Origin: Flavobacteriales bacterium
GTDB taxonomy: Bacteria > Bacteroidota > Bacteroidia > Flavobacteriales_F > PHOS-HE28
Direction of reading: 5' to 3'
Length of the DNA stretch: 64,000 nt
Assembly (NCBI GenBank): GCA_016712025.1
Contig: JADJRW010000007.1
Location: 289 to 64,288, forward strand
Below, piece by piece: positions 9,111 through 18,539 of this stretch (position 1 is the first letter of the stretch; each line of letters starts with the position of its first letter). The notes under the pieces were generated by a model. It was not told where the DNA came from, ran no database searches, and worked only from the letters and a program-made list of their open reading frames with translations. Both the position numbers and the translations under genes were made by a program.

Positions 9111-10034
9111 TCAGCGCACCACCAACGGAGCGGTGCCGAGCACGTTTCCATCTCTCGAAGCCAGGCGCACAGTGTAAATGCCTTGCGCCACAGCAGGTAC
9201 GATCAGATCGTATGGCCATTGCCGCATCTGTTCGGTCTTAACGGTTTGTCCTATTGCGTCGATCAAGGAAACCTCGCAAGGGGTATTCGGTGCGAAGTCC
9301 GGATCCAAGCGCACCGTGGCTCCGGGCGAAGTGCTGTTGGGGCTGATGGTGAACGCGTGTTCTTCGCCTCCGGGATCGGCGATGCCCTCACCCCAGCAAT
9401 CCCCATAGATCACGAGCAATACCGGGCGCTTGTCCGCATCCGGCGCCAGTGAGCTATGGAAAGCAAGGCCTCGTGACGTCGTTTCGTTCACGAGTTGTAG
9501 CATGAAACCATGGCTGTTCGCCGGGTCATCGATCATGTCTTGTACCAACGTGGTGACATTGATGTTCAAGTAGTTCTCGGTCGCGTACGTGCTGGGATCC
9601 AGGAGTACCTCGTTCTGTGTGGTCGAAGTTGGCTGGCTGTTCCAGGTCACGGTATTGTCCGCCCAGGCGGAATTGATCCGTCTCAGCGTGCATTCGTTGG
9701 GACCAACATGCCCCACAGTAGAGACCGCACCAGGGCTGCCAAAAGGCCCTATTCCCGATAGAGTCAAGAACGCACCAAGAATGGTAGAGCCTGCCGGAAT
9801 GTTTGTAAGATCGAAGTCCATGGCGCCACGAGCCTTGTTCACTCCCCCTTGAGCGCCTGGTTGGGCGAAGGCGGAATAGTGAATGGTGCTATTGTAGTTG
9901 GTGTTCGCCGAATTGAAGTTGTCATGGTAACCAAGACTGGCATCTTCGGTGGGGCTCAAAAGAACACTTGTTTGGGCATGCGCCTGGGTCCCGAAGAGCA
10001 TAAGCGCGAGCACGGGAGCAATGGTCTGTCTCAT
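9111..10034 (-). CDS. Secreted DNRLRE-domain protein with a T9SS type-A C-terminal sorting domain
   Basis: ORF 9111..10205 trimmed to ATG 10034, giving the signal peptide MRQTIAPVLALMLFGTQAHAQ. The block ...INSAWADNTVTWNSQP... resembles DNRLRE-type carbohydrate-binding modules. The C-terminal ~80 aa (...ISPNSTSPG...GIYTVRL...APLVVR) fit the Por_Secre_tail pattern. Confidence 0.7.
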   Translation of the reverse strand: MRQTIAPVLALMLFGTQAHAQTSVLLSPTEDASLGYHDNFNSANTNYNSTIHYSAFAQPGAQGGVNKARGAMDFDLTNIPAGSTILGAFLTLSGIGPFGSPGAVSTVGHVGPNECTLRRINSAWADNTVTWNSQPTSTTQNEVLLDPSTYATENYLNINVTTLVQDMIDDPANSHGFMLQLVNETTSRGLAFHSSLAPDADKRPVLLVIYGDCWGEGIADPGGEEHAFTISPNSTSPGATVRLDPDFAPNTPCEVSLIDAIGQTVKTEQMRQWPYDLIVPAVAQGIYTVRLASRDGNVLGTAPLVVR

Positions 10035-10066
10035 TTCAATTGAATTGATGGGTTCAAGATAGAGAC

Positions 10067-10507
10067 CTAACGCTCCCGCACCCACGTCTGCGTCCGGTAT
10101 AAGAAGGCCACGTAGCCGCGTACCTGTAGTGTGCCATCCTCCAGCCAGAGTTTGCAATCGTACACCTTGCCCGATTCGGGATCGAGGATCGTACCGTCCT
10201 CCCACTCATCATCTCCCGGGCTTGACCCGGGATCTTTCTCCATGGCGCGGATGATCTCCAGACCCACGACAGGTTGGTTGTGCCGATCATCCGGACAGAG
10301 GTCGCAGAGCTTCTGGAGCTTCGACTTGTCATAGAGGTCCACGATCCTGCCGTAGATCTTGCCACTTCGCTCGGTGACTTCCACCACGCTGCGGGGTTTT
10401 CCGGTCTTGTCGTCCACGGTGGTCCACCGCCCCAGGATGCTCTGCGCTTGGAGGACACCGCACAAGCCGAGGAGGGGAAGGAGCAAAAGAGATCGTTCAG
10501 CGCGCAT
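10067..10507 (-). CDS. DUF2147 domain protein (secreted)
   Basis: Signal peptide, then ILGRWTTVDDKTGKPRSVVEV...GRIVDL...CDLCPDDRHNQPVVGLEII...WEDGTILDPESGKVYDCKLWLEDGTLQVRGY. This is the canonical DUF2147 pattern. Confidence 0.8.
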   Translation of the reverse strand: MRAERSLLLLPLLGLCGVLQAQSILGRWTTVDDKTGKPRSVVEVTERSGKIYGRIVDLYDKSKLQKLCDLCPDDRHNQPVVGLEIIRAMEKDPGSSPGDDEWEDGTILDPESGKVYDCKLWLEDGTLQVRGYVAFLYRTQTWVRER

Positions 10508-10522
10508 GGCGTGGCGTCGTGT

Positions 10523-10948
10523 TCAGGGACCGGCCGGGATCCAGGATTGTGTGCGATAGAGGAAACCGACGTATCCCCGGAGTTTCAAATGGCCATCCTC
10601 CACCCACATCTTGCAGTCGTAGATCTTGCCTTCCTGGGGGTCCAGAATGCGGCCGTCCACCCATTCATCGCCATCGCGTTGCAGGCCGCGCAGGATCTGC
10701 ATGCCCACAATGGGCTGGTCCTTGCGGTCGTCCTTGCAGAGGTCGCAGTGGGACTTCAGCCGTTCCGGGCGCATCAGCATCCGCACGTAGCCGAAGGCAC
10801 GATCGCCCTCCACCACGATCTCCACGACACTCCCGGCCTCCCCGGTCTGATCGTTGATGCTGATCCAACGGCCCGCGATATCCTGTGCATCAAGTTCGAG
10901 GCCTCCGAAGAGCGATGTGCAAAGCAGTGCGGTCCGAACAGTTCTCAT
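10523..10948 (-). CDS. DUF2147 domain protein (tandem paralogue)
   Basis: ORF 10523..11008 trimmed to MRTVRTALLCTSLF (10948). It has the same motif order as the neighbour: IAGRWISINDQTGEAGSVVEI...CDLCKDDRKDQPIVGMQIL...GRILDPQEGKIYDCKMWVEDGHLKLRGY. Confidence 0.8.
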   Translation of the reverse strand: MRTVRTALLCTSLFGGLELDAQDIAGRWISINDQTGEAGSVVEIVVEGDRAFGYVRMLMRPERLKSHCDLCKDDRKDQPIVGMQILRGLQRDGDEWVDGRILDPQEGKIYDCKMWVEDGHLKLRGYVGFLYRTQSWIPAGP

Positions 10949-11048
10949 GCGGCGCCAAACTAGCGGATCCCGCACTTCGGCACGCAAGCATGTCGCTCTG
11001 GTCCCCACGAAGCGAGCCTGGTCCGGTCGGCGCGCTCCTTAGGCGCGA

Positions 11049-11056
11049 TAGCTTTG
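11049..11056 (+). promoter_or_regulatory. Candidate Bacteroidota -7 promoter box (TAGCTTTG, consensus TAnnTTTG)
   Basis: Exact consensus match 33 nt upstream of ATG 11089. I saw no convincing -33 TTG at the canonical spacing. Confidence 0.3.
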
Positions 11057-11088
11057 CGTTCCCTCGCGGTAAGACCATCGCGTGGATC

Positions 11089-12022
11089 ATGCACCGGATC
11101 AAAGCGCTCAGCAAGGACCTGCTCTCCACGGAGAAACTGCTCCGTTACTCCAGGGGGCACCGCTTCATATTCAGCTACCACGACATCGGTGTGCCGGGTG
11201 TCGCGCATCATTCGCCCCGGAACGCGACGCACCCAGCGCTCTTCGCGGAGCAGATGGCGCTGATCGGGAAATTGTTCCGCGTGGTTCCACTGGACGCGAT
11301 GGTGAGCGGCAAGGATCTGGGGCCGGGCAATTTCGCCGCCATCACTTTCGACGATGGGTTCCGCTCGGTCTACACACATGCCCGGCCCATCCTGAAGGCC
11401 GCGGAGATGCCTTATACCGTTTTCATCAATGGTGCGGCGGTGGTGCAAGGCGAGAATTGGATCTCGAACATGGAGCAGCATGCTGCCGATAGCGCTTACA
11501 TCGCTGACGTGCTTCGTTCGGCTGGCGTGGAACGCGATGAGCATGCGGATCCCATCGATCGGATCATCGAGAGCGGGCGATTCGCATCCTCCTTCCATTC
11601 GGCCTATCGCCGTCCGGTGCGGAACGACCGGATCTACATGGACCAAGCGGAGCTGAAGGAATTGGTGGGTGAGGGTGTGCTCCTGGGCGATCACACCTGG
11701 GATCATGTAGTGCTGGACGGGACCGAAGAAGCCGTATTGAACGAACAGTTCGATCGAGGCGCTGAACTATTGCACGACCTGACGGGGTCCAGCACCCACC
11801 ACGCAATTCCATTCGGTAAGAAGCAACACTTCGATGCCCGTTCCGTCCGTGTATTGCGCAACCACGGCTCAAGCATTCTACACCACCAACCCGAACCGTT
11901 TCGTGAACCGCGAATTGGCTCACCCGGACTTTGTGATCCCGCGGATCGGAGTAGTGGACCAAACGGCCAAAGAACTCCTGTTCTACATCAACCGCACCTT
12001 GCTGCGTCGTTACGATCTTTAG
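11089..12022 (+). CDS. Polysaccharide deacetylase (NodB/CE4-like), with one apparent frameshift
   Basis: ORF 10885..12078 trimmed to ATG 11089 (MHRIKALSK...). It contains AAITFDDGFRSVYTHARPIL and LGDHTWDHV. The C-terminus continues in ORF 11834..12022 (...AFYTTNPNRFVNRELAHPDFVIPRIGVVDQTAKELLFYINRTLLRRYDL*). The frames switch near 11866-11872. Confidence 0.7.
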
Positions 12023-12026
12023 GCCC

Positions 12027-13013
12027 ATGGGGGAATACACCTTCCGGCGCTGCGATTTCAGCGACCTCGGCGCGTTGAACGAGATCTATGTGAAGAGTTT
12101 CGGTGGGGGAGGCAGCGTTCCCTACTTCCAGTGGAAGTACCTGGACAACCCCGCCGGCAAGGCCATCGCCTACATCGCCGAAGCGGATGGCAAGGTGGCG
12201 GGGTTCTATGGCGTGATCCCGGAGTATTGGTACATCGACGGTGAAAAGCGCATCCTGCATCAGTCAATGGACACGATGACGCACCCGGACCACCGAGGGA
12301 AGGGCCTCTTTCCGAAGCTGGCGCACATGGTCTTCGATCGCATCCGCGAAGAGACGGGCGGTCTTTTGGTGATCGGCTATCCCGGCCCCACGTCGTATGC
12401 GGGTTTTGTACACAAGCTGAAGTGGAAGAGCATGGTGGAGATGAAATACCTCTTCGCTTACAAGTGGATGTTCCAGGCGGCTGCTTTGTTCCGAGGCGGT
12501 TCAGGCGCAGTGGTGGAGGACATCACCACATACCCTGCGGAGATGGACGCGTTCTTCGCGGCGCACGAAGCACCGGTACGGCCGTTCACGAAGTACCGGA
12601 TCGCGGTGTGCTCGATTGGCGCCGGCCGCTCATCCCAGCACGCGGTACGATCGCTGCGTGGTGCGGGCCGAGGGCCGTATCGTGGGCCACTGCGCCTATC
12701 GCGTGATCCCGACGGACGGATCTTCATTCTGTTGGTGGATCTTTTGAAGCGCGACCAGTTCGCCAAGTACATGTGCGATGTTGTTGCGCATCTGTTCAAG
12801 CGGCCTGGTACCACGGCGGTACACACCTTCCTCTCCACGTTCCCTGAGGTTGAAGCGAATTACCGCGCATTGGGCTTCGTTTCCAATCCGTTCAACCGAG
12901 GTCCGTTCTCCTATCGCACACCATTGATCGTACTCGCGGATCCTCCCAAGCAAGGTCCGGATCCTTACGAGTTGTCCAATTGGGACGTGCAGCCGATCAT
13001 GCGCGACTATTGA
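12027..13013 (+). CDS. GNAT family N-acetyltransferase, probably with three compensating frame changes
   Basis: The N-terminal GNAT fold includes AYIAEADGKVAGFYGVIPEYW...THPDHRGKGLFPKLA. Between about 12575 and 12725 the protein-like reading moves through the other two frames (HEVPDRGVLDWRR / LIPARYDRCVVRAEGRIVGHCAYRVIPTDG) and then returns (RIFILLVDLL...). Confidence 0.6.
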   Translation: MGEYTFRRCDFSDLGALNEIYVKSFGGGGSVPYFQWKYLDNPAGKAIAYIAEADGKVAGFYGVIPEYWYIDGEKRILHQSMDTMTHPDHRGKGLFPKLAHMVFDRIREETGGLLVIGYPGPTSYAGFVHKLKWKSMVEMKYLFAYKWMFQAAALFRGGSGAVVEDITTYPAEMDAFFAAHEAPVRPFTKYRIAVCSIGAGRSSQHAVRSLRGAGRGPYRGPLRLSRDPDGRIFILLVDLLKRDQFAKYMCDVVAHLFKRPGTTAVHTFLSTFPEVEANYRALGFVSNPFNRGPFSYRTPLIVLADPPKQGPDPYELSNWDVQPIMRDY

Positions 13014-13024
13014 CCCGATGAGGA

Positions 13025-16000
13025 TCAGAACGTACGCCCGATGCCGACCACATATCGGAAGGCGACATGCTCTTGCTCGGTGGCAGGGAGCGCGGAAAGC
13101 ACGAAGGGCATATCGAAACGAAGCGTTAGCGGGCTCAGGTCGGTGAGCGGTCCCCAGCGTTTTATGGTGAAGGCGAACCCGGCACCTGCATCGGCACGCA
13201 CATCGGCAAGGCGCAGGTCAGTGGGTCGGTCGGTCGCGGTGCGGTAGCCCATTGTGCCCGCATCGCCGAAGAAGTAGGCGTCCAGATGGAGATATTCCCT
13301 GATCGCTTTGGGGCGCCAGCGCACCAGGCCATCGAGATCGAGCTCCGCATTGATGGAAGCGCCCGAGTTGCCGCGATAGGTGGCGATCACTTGTCCATCC
13401 GGTCCCAGTTCCGGTGCCACGTAGCCCGCATAGCCGCGCAGGTTGAGCCCACCGCCGTGGTGGAAATGATCTGGCGTATCGCCATACGCGCCCACCCATT
13501 CGTTCGGCACAGGCCCGATGCTGCGCACGTATTTGTTTTCCATCATTTCCATCGCGTTCGCTCCGGCGAGGTACAGGGCTGTTTCGCGGCCGCCGGTGCC
13601 CGTGCCGTATTGGATCAGACCACGGGTGCGGAGCACGATACCACCGAGGCGCAGATCGTGAGTGGCGGTAAGGCGCAGACTTTCACCGAAGCCGACCGAT
13701 CCGAGCGAAGGCAGTCGCAAGCGGCCTTCCACGGAACCACGCCCATTTTCGTGGTTGAATTCACGGCGCAGCGTGATGTCAAGGATGCCGCTCAGTGCAT
13801 TGAAGTCCCATTCCTGCGGATAGAGCAGGTAGGTGAGGTCGGAACTGTCGCGTCGAATGAAATAGCGCAGGTCCGTTTCGAACGAAGTGCCATCGTCCAG
13901 CGACCGCCACCGGAAGCCGCCGCCGTAGTGCTCCAACCCGTCCACGTGCCGCGCGTGCAAGTGGATCGAGGAGCCCTTGAGGATGCGCTCCGTGCCCGTT
14001 CCATAGCGCAGGATGTACGAAAGCGCATCGTATCGGGTGTCCACGCCGCCACCGGGTAATGCCTGGCCGAAGCCGGTGTTCACCCACGCGGTCATCCGGA
14101 TCTGGTGCTTGTACCGGAGATAGGATCCATGGAAGTGTACGCCCACCTTCACGCCATCGTACCCGTTCCACCATAGATCCGGCCGACCGAAGATCTCGTA
14201 GGTGCGGCGGTCGGGTGGGTTCGGCACATGGTGATCGAACGCAATGGATGCCGCGCGCGGAAGACTGTTGTCCGGCTGGTACGCATCGGCCAGGCGGTAG
14301 GTGGTGTCGATGCGCACGGAGCCGATCCCGCTGGGGATATCGACATGCGCGGTGTAAGTGGGTTGCAGATCATCCCATCCGATCCAGCGGGGGAGGACCG
14401 TGGCCGTGGTGGGCTTTTGGTACCAGGTGTTCGGGATGTGGAAGGCGTAGTTCTTCCCGTCCCGCGCGGTCACTTGCAGGTCGATCGGCATTTGAAGGGA
14501 ACCCACGCGGCGCAAAGTGATGGTCTGTCCCTGGCTGCGCATCCGTTTGGTGATGCCCGCTACCTTGTAGTCGATGCGCTTGTCCGTTTCGATCCACTGA
14601 TCGAAGAACCAGTTGAGATCGGCACCGCTGCTGCGCATGAAGCTCGCGCGCATGTCCTCGACATAGGGATGGCACATGCGCCACTGGGCGAAGTAGTCCT
14701 TCAGGGCTTTTTGGAAGACGCTATCGCCCAAAACGTATTGCAGGTTGTAGAGCATTGTGGCCGTCTTGAAGTAGACATGCCCAAAGCCGCGGCCACGGCC
14801 CTCCACATGGGCGAACTCATCGCTGTGGGTGTTGATCGGCGGCAATTCATCGCGCACCGCATCGCGCATGTAGCCTCGGTAAACCTCGCTTTCGCGTACC
14901 AGGTCGTATTTCGTGAAACGGTCCAGATAGCGGTTCTTGGGTCGCTCTTCCACCAACGTATCGCCATCGATATCTTCCAACCCCTGGCTGGTGAGGAACT
15001 GGGTGAAGCCTTCGTCCAGCATGGCGCGATAGGTCTCGTTGTTGCCGATCATGCCGAAGAACCAGTTGTGCCCGATCTCGTGAACGAAGAGTCCCCGGTA
15101 GTCCGGGTCACTGCCTCCGTCCAGGGTGAGCATGGGATACTCCATGCCATCGCGCGCATCGGCTACGACCATTTTGGGATAAGCGTACATGCCCACGAGT
15201 TCGCTGTGCGAGCGGATGGCCTTCGCGCAATAATCCGCCGCGTTCTGCCAGCCGCTCGCGTGTGGCTCTTGTGCCACGGCCACGCACTTCACGCCGTTCC
15301 ATTCCGCTTCGCCGATGCGGTAGGTGGGATCGGCGGTGAAGGCGAAGTCATGCGTGTTCTCCGCGTGGTACTTCCACACCTTGCGCACACCGGGCACATA
15401 GGGTGTGATCACGGAAGGTGCTTCATCCCAAGGCTTGTCCTTGAACCGTGTGATGTCCAATCGTTCGCGTAGCGCGAAGGGCAGGACGTCGTTCGGGTTC
15501 TGGAGCCAGCCGGTCGCTTCCAGTACCATGTCGTTCGGCATGTCGAGCGCTACATCGTACGTGCCGAAGTCGCCGTGGAACTCGTTGCCCAAGTGCTGCT
15601 GCGTGTCCCAGCCCATTTTCCTGTCGTACACCGCGATGCGCGGGTACCAGTGCACGCCATCGAAGTGTTTGAAGCCCCATGCGTTGAAGAGCTTCATGCG
15701 CCGGTAGATGTCGCTTGCCCAGTACGTGCGGAAGGAAAAAGTGAACGTGGTTCGGCCGCCTGGCGGAAGTGCTACTGGGAGCCAGGCTTTCAATATCGTG
15801 TTGTCCTGTTCGGTGCGCAGCTCTTGGCCGCTTATCCGGAGGCTCTGCATCGTAGTGCCGCGTTGCACCGTGTCCTTGCTCGCACGGCCATGTTCTTGCA
15901 GATCGGCGTAGGATCCCGAATTGAAAGCGTTCTGGTAAAGATGGAAGAACACGAAGCGCAACGTATCGGGCGAGTTGTTCCAGTAGATCAGCGTGCCTTC

Positions 16001-16210
16001 GCCGTCGAGGTGGTCGTGTACCTCATCCAACTTTCCGTTCAAAGTGTAGTGTACGTCCTGCTGCCAGTAGCCCCAATACGGTGGGCGGTTCCTCCAGTAG
16101 TGCGGGTTGTCGGCGTTGCGGTAGGTGTTCGGTGGACGTAACGGGTCGAAGCGCTGTGCCGGGGAGCTGGCACAAAGGAGTAGGGCGCTGGAAAGGAGCA
16201 GGGCACGCAT
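13025..16210 (-). CDS. M1 family zinc metallopeptidase (aminopeptidase N-like) with a ~450-aa beta-rich C-terminal extension ending in Phe
   Basis: ORF 13025..16225. Signal peptide MRALLLSSALLLCASSPAQ. Zinc site HEIGHNWFFGMIGNNETYRAMLDEG (HExxH+E). The C-terminal third has alternating-hydrophobic strands and ends ...FRYVVGIGRTF, resembling an outer-membrane barrel terminus. Confidence 0.85.
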   Translation of the reverse strand: MRALLLSSALLLCASSPAQRFDPLRPPNTYRNADNPHYWRNRPPYWGYWQQDVHYTLNGKLDEVHDHLDGEGTLIYWNNSPDTLRFVFFHLYQNAFNSGSYADLQEHGRASKDTVQRGTTMQSLRISGQELRTEQDNTILKAWLPVALPPGGRTTFTFSFRTYWASDIYRRMKLFNAWGFKHFDGVHWYPRIAVYDRKMGWDTQQHLGNEFHGDFGTYDVALDMPNDMVLEATGWLQNPNDVLPFALRERLDITRFKDKPWDEAPSVITPYVPGVRKVWKYHAENTHDFAFTADPTYRIGEAEWNGVKCVAVAQEPHASGWQNAADYCAKAIRSHSELVGMYAYPKMVVADARDGMEYPMLTLDGGSDPDYRGLFVHEIGHNWFFGMIGNNETYRAMLDEGFTQFLTSQGLEDIDGDTLVEERPKNRYLDRFTKYDLVRESEVYRGYMRDAVRDELPPINTHSDEFAHVEGRGRGFGHVYFKTATMLYNLQYVLGDSVFQKALKDYFAQWRMCHPYVEDMRASFMRSSGADLNWFFDQWIETDKRIDYKVAGITKRMRSQGQTITLRRVGSLQMPIDLQVTARDGKNYAFHIPNTWYQKPTTATVLPRWIGWDDLQPTYTAHVDIPSGIGSVRIDTTYRLADAYQPDNSLPRAASIAFDHHVPNPPDRRTYEIFGRPDLWWNGYDGVKVGVHFHGSYLRYKHQIRMTAWVNTGFGQALPGGGVDTRYDALSYILRYGTGTERILKGSSIHLHARHVDGLEHYGGGFRWRSLDDGTSFETDLRYFIRRDSSDLTYLLYPQEWDFNALSGILDITLRREFNHENGRGSVEGRLRLPSLGSVGFGESLRLTATHDLRLGGIVLRTRGLIQYGTGTGGRETALYLAGANAMEMMENKYVRSIGPVPNEWVGAYGDTPDHFHHGGGLNLRGYAGYVAPELGPDGQVIATYRGNSGASINAELDLDGLVRWRPKAIREYLHLDAYFFGDAGTMGYRTATDRPTDLRLADVRADAGAGFAFTIKRWGPLTDLSPLTLRFDMPFVLSALPATEQEHVAFRYVVGIGRTF

Positions 16211-16243
16211 GGAACCGGCCCGCAAAGTACCGAACGCGTGCGG

Positions 16244-17197
16244 TTACGACCGGGTAACCGGCCGGAGCTCCGCCCGTTGGTTGTGCCGGGCCCGGGAGAT
16301 GCTGATGTTCAACTCATAGCCCACCAACAACGCGATCATGTTCAGGTAGATCCATAGCTGCACGGCCAGGATCGCCCCGATGGAGCCGTATAGCGCGTTG
16401 TAATCCGTGATGTTGGAGAAGACGAACGTGAGCGCCTTGGAAAGTACCAGCACGAGGACCAAGGCCAGGATCGCCCCGGGCGTGATCCAATGGTACCGTT
16501 GCCGTGTGGGGTCGCCGGCGTTGTAAAGCAAGCCCAGCATGGCCAGCACAAGTACCATGAGTATGCTCCATTTGGCGGCGAAGAGCCCCAACACTTCGAG
16601 CGAACTGGAGAGGTGGCCCTGCTCATCCATCCAGGCCACCACGGCATTGCTGATCGTGAGCACAGGAATGGCGATCATCACCAAGATGGTGAGGGCGAAG
16701 AGGAGGCCCAAGCTCAACAACCGTTGTTTCAGCGGTGTGTGCCAGGTGGTCAAATTCGTGCTTCCACTGAAGCCGAGCAGGATCGCGTGTACGCTGTTGC
16801 TGGCCACGTAGACGCCGATCACGAAGCTCACCGAGAGCAGGGTCCCGTGCTTCTTCAACACGAGGTCGTGCAGCGTGCTTTCTACGAAGGTGTACACCTC
16901 GAAGGGCAACATGCCTTGGAACGTGCTGAGCAACTTGGTCTGGAGGTCGTCGATAGGTATGTATGGAATGAGCGTGAGCAGTACGATCACAGCCGGGAAG
17001 AAGGCCACAAAAAGCTTGAAGGCGATGGCCGAAGCGCGCGTATCAAGCCGGCCGGTGGCCAACGCCTCGAAGAAGAACCGAGAAATGGCGTAAAGACTGA
17101 AGCCTCCGAAGCCGGGGAGCCTTACACGTTTGGACCACCGGACCAAAGTGCGGAACGCACGGGAGAAGAGGGCCTTCCGTTTGATCCGTTCCCACAT
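16244..17197 (-). CDS. yihY: YihY/BrkB family inner-membrane protein
   Basis: MWERIKRKALFSRAFRTLVRWSKRVRLPGFGGFSLYAISRFFFEALATGRLDTRASAIAFKLFVAFFPAVIVL... This is the typical YihY N-terminus, with 6 TM segments. Confidence 0.85.
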   Translation of the reverse strand: MWERIKRKALFSRAFRTLVRWSKRVRLPGFGGFSLYAISRFFFEALATGRLDTRASAIAFKLFVAFFPAVIVLLTLIPYIPIDDLQTKLLSTFQGMLPFEVYTFVESTLHDLVLKKHGTLLSVSFVIGVYVASNSVHAILLGFSGSTNLTTWHTPLKQRLLSLGLLFALTILVMIAIPVLTISNAVVAWMDEQGHLSSSLEVLGLFAAKWSILMVLVLAMLGLLYNAGDPTRQRYHWITPGAILALVLVLVLSKALTFVFSNITDYNALYGSIGAILAVQLWIYLNMIALLVGYELNISISRARHNQRAELRPVTRS

Positions 17198-17203
17198 GAT
17201 GGT

Positions 17204-18046
17204 TCAAAGGGCTTTGAGGCTCAGGTCAAGGCTGCCCGGGCTATGGGTCAACGCACCCACGGAGATGAAGTTCACGCCGCACTCCGCGAATGCACGCGCG
17301 GTATCCAAGGTGATGCCGCCCGAAGCTTCCGTGGGGTAGTGACCATTGATGAGGTCCACCGCTTTGCGCAACTCAGGAAGGGCGAAATTGTCCAACATGA
17401 TGCGCTGCACACCGCCCAGTACGAGCACCTGTCGCACCTCATCGAGGTTCCGGGTCTCCACCTCGATGGGCAGGTCCAATCCACGGTCGGCGAGGTAGCG
17501 GCGCGCGGCCTCGATGGCGTTGGCGATGCCCCCTGCGAAGTCCACATGGTTGTCCTTGATCATCACCATGTCGTACAGCCCGAAGCGGTGGTTCTCGCCC
17601 CCCCCGATCAGCACGGCCCATTTCTCCAGTGCGCGCAGGGTGGGTGTGGTCTTACGCGTATCAAGCACGCGGCAGCCGGTGCCCTCGATGGCGTCCACGA
17701 AGCGGCGGGTCAGGGTGGCGATGCCGCTGAGGCGCTGCATGAAGTTGAGCAACACCCGTTCGGTGGTGAGCAGGGAACGTACCGGCCCGTTCAGGGTGAA
17801 GGCCATGTCCCCGGGTAGGACGTTGGCGCCATCCTCGAGCAATACGCGCAGGTGCATGTTCGGGTCGGTGTGGGCGCAGATCAAGCGGGCTACCTCCACA
17901 CCGGCCAGTACGCCGGGTTGCTTCACCAGCAGCCGCATGCCACCTCGCGCTGTGGCCGGGATGGTGCCCAAGGTGGTGTGATCGCCATCGCCGATGTCCT
18001 CGGCGATGGCCGCGGTGATCAACTCCTCGGTCCCGGCAGGCAGCAC
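17204..18046 (-). CDS. nadC: Nicotinate-nucleotide diphosphorylase (carboxylating), also known as quinolinate phosphoribosyltransferase
   Basis: The full length resembles NadC: ...EDIGDGDHTT...ERVLLNFMQRLSGIATLT...LDTRKTTPTLRALEKWAVLIGGGENHRFGLYDMVMIKDNH...ASGGITL. GTG start at 18046. Confidence 0.95.
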   Translation of the reverse strand: MLPAGTEELITAAIAEDIGDGDHTTLGTIPATARGGMRLLVKQPGVLAGVEVARLICAHTDPNMHLRVLLEDGANVLPGDMAFTLNGPVRSLLTTERVLLNFMQRLSGIATLTRRFVDAIEGTGCRVLDTRKTTPTLRALEKWAVLIGGGENHRFGLYDMVMIKDNHVDFAGGIANAIEAARRYLADRGLDLPIEVETRNLDEVRQVLVLGGVQRIMLDNFALPELRKAVDLINGHYPTEASGGITLDTARAFAECGVNFISVGALTHSPGSLDLSLKAL

Positions 18047-18047
18047 G

Positions 18048-18462
18048 TCAGCGTTCGGTTCGGCCCTCCTCGATGCGGAGCTGTTTCACCTGGAGCACCT
18101 CGGTCACCTTCTTCCAGGAAAAAAGTGACCCGGAAATAGCCGGTACGTGTGCGGAGGATGCCGATGTAGTACTGGTCACCGAATTTGCTGGCGCCTTTGT
18201 GCTCGATCACCATGTCCACCGGCGGGTTCTCATCGAAGAAGCGGCGGAGGATCTGCTCCGCCTGGGCCTTGCTGTACACATCGCCGGTACCGGCCACGGT
18301 AAGATCGATGTTGGGGATGAAGTGCCGGGCCAGCTCCTTGGAATTACCCGCGCGCAAGGCGGCCACCACCTCGTCCTTCACAGGATCTTGGGCCATGGCG
18401 GGAAGCGCGAGTAGCAGGAACAGGAAGGGAATGATCGGCTTCACCGGAGAGGGAGTTCGCAT
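18048..18462 (-). CDS. DUF4783 domain protein (secreted), with a frameshift in an A6/T6 run near the 3' end
   Basis: ORF 18019..18483 trimmed to MRTPSPVKPIIPFLFLLLALPAMAQ. After the homopolymer at 18119-18124 the protein-like frame reads ...KKVTEVLQVKQLRIEEGRTER* and stops at 18050-18048, just upstream of nadC. The track frame instead runs on into nadC. Confidence 0.65.
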
Positions 18463-18539
18463 GATCGAGGGGCAATTTCGCAAACATCAGGCCAGTTCAG
18501 CATCTTGCACCCGCCCGAATTGTCAACAGGCATACGCGC

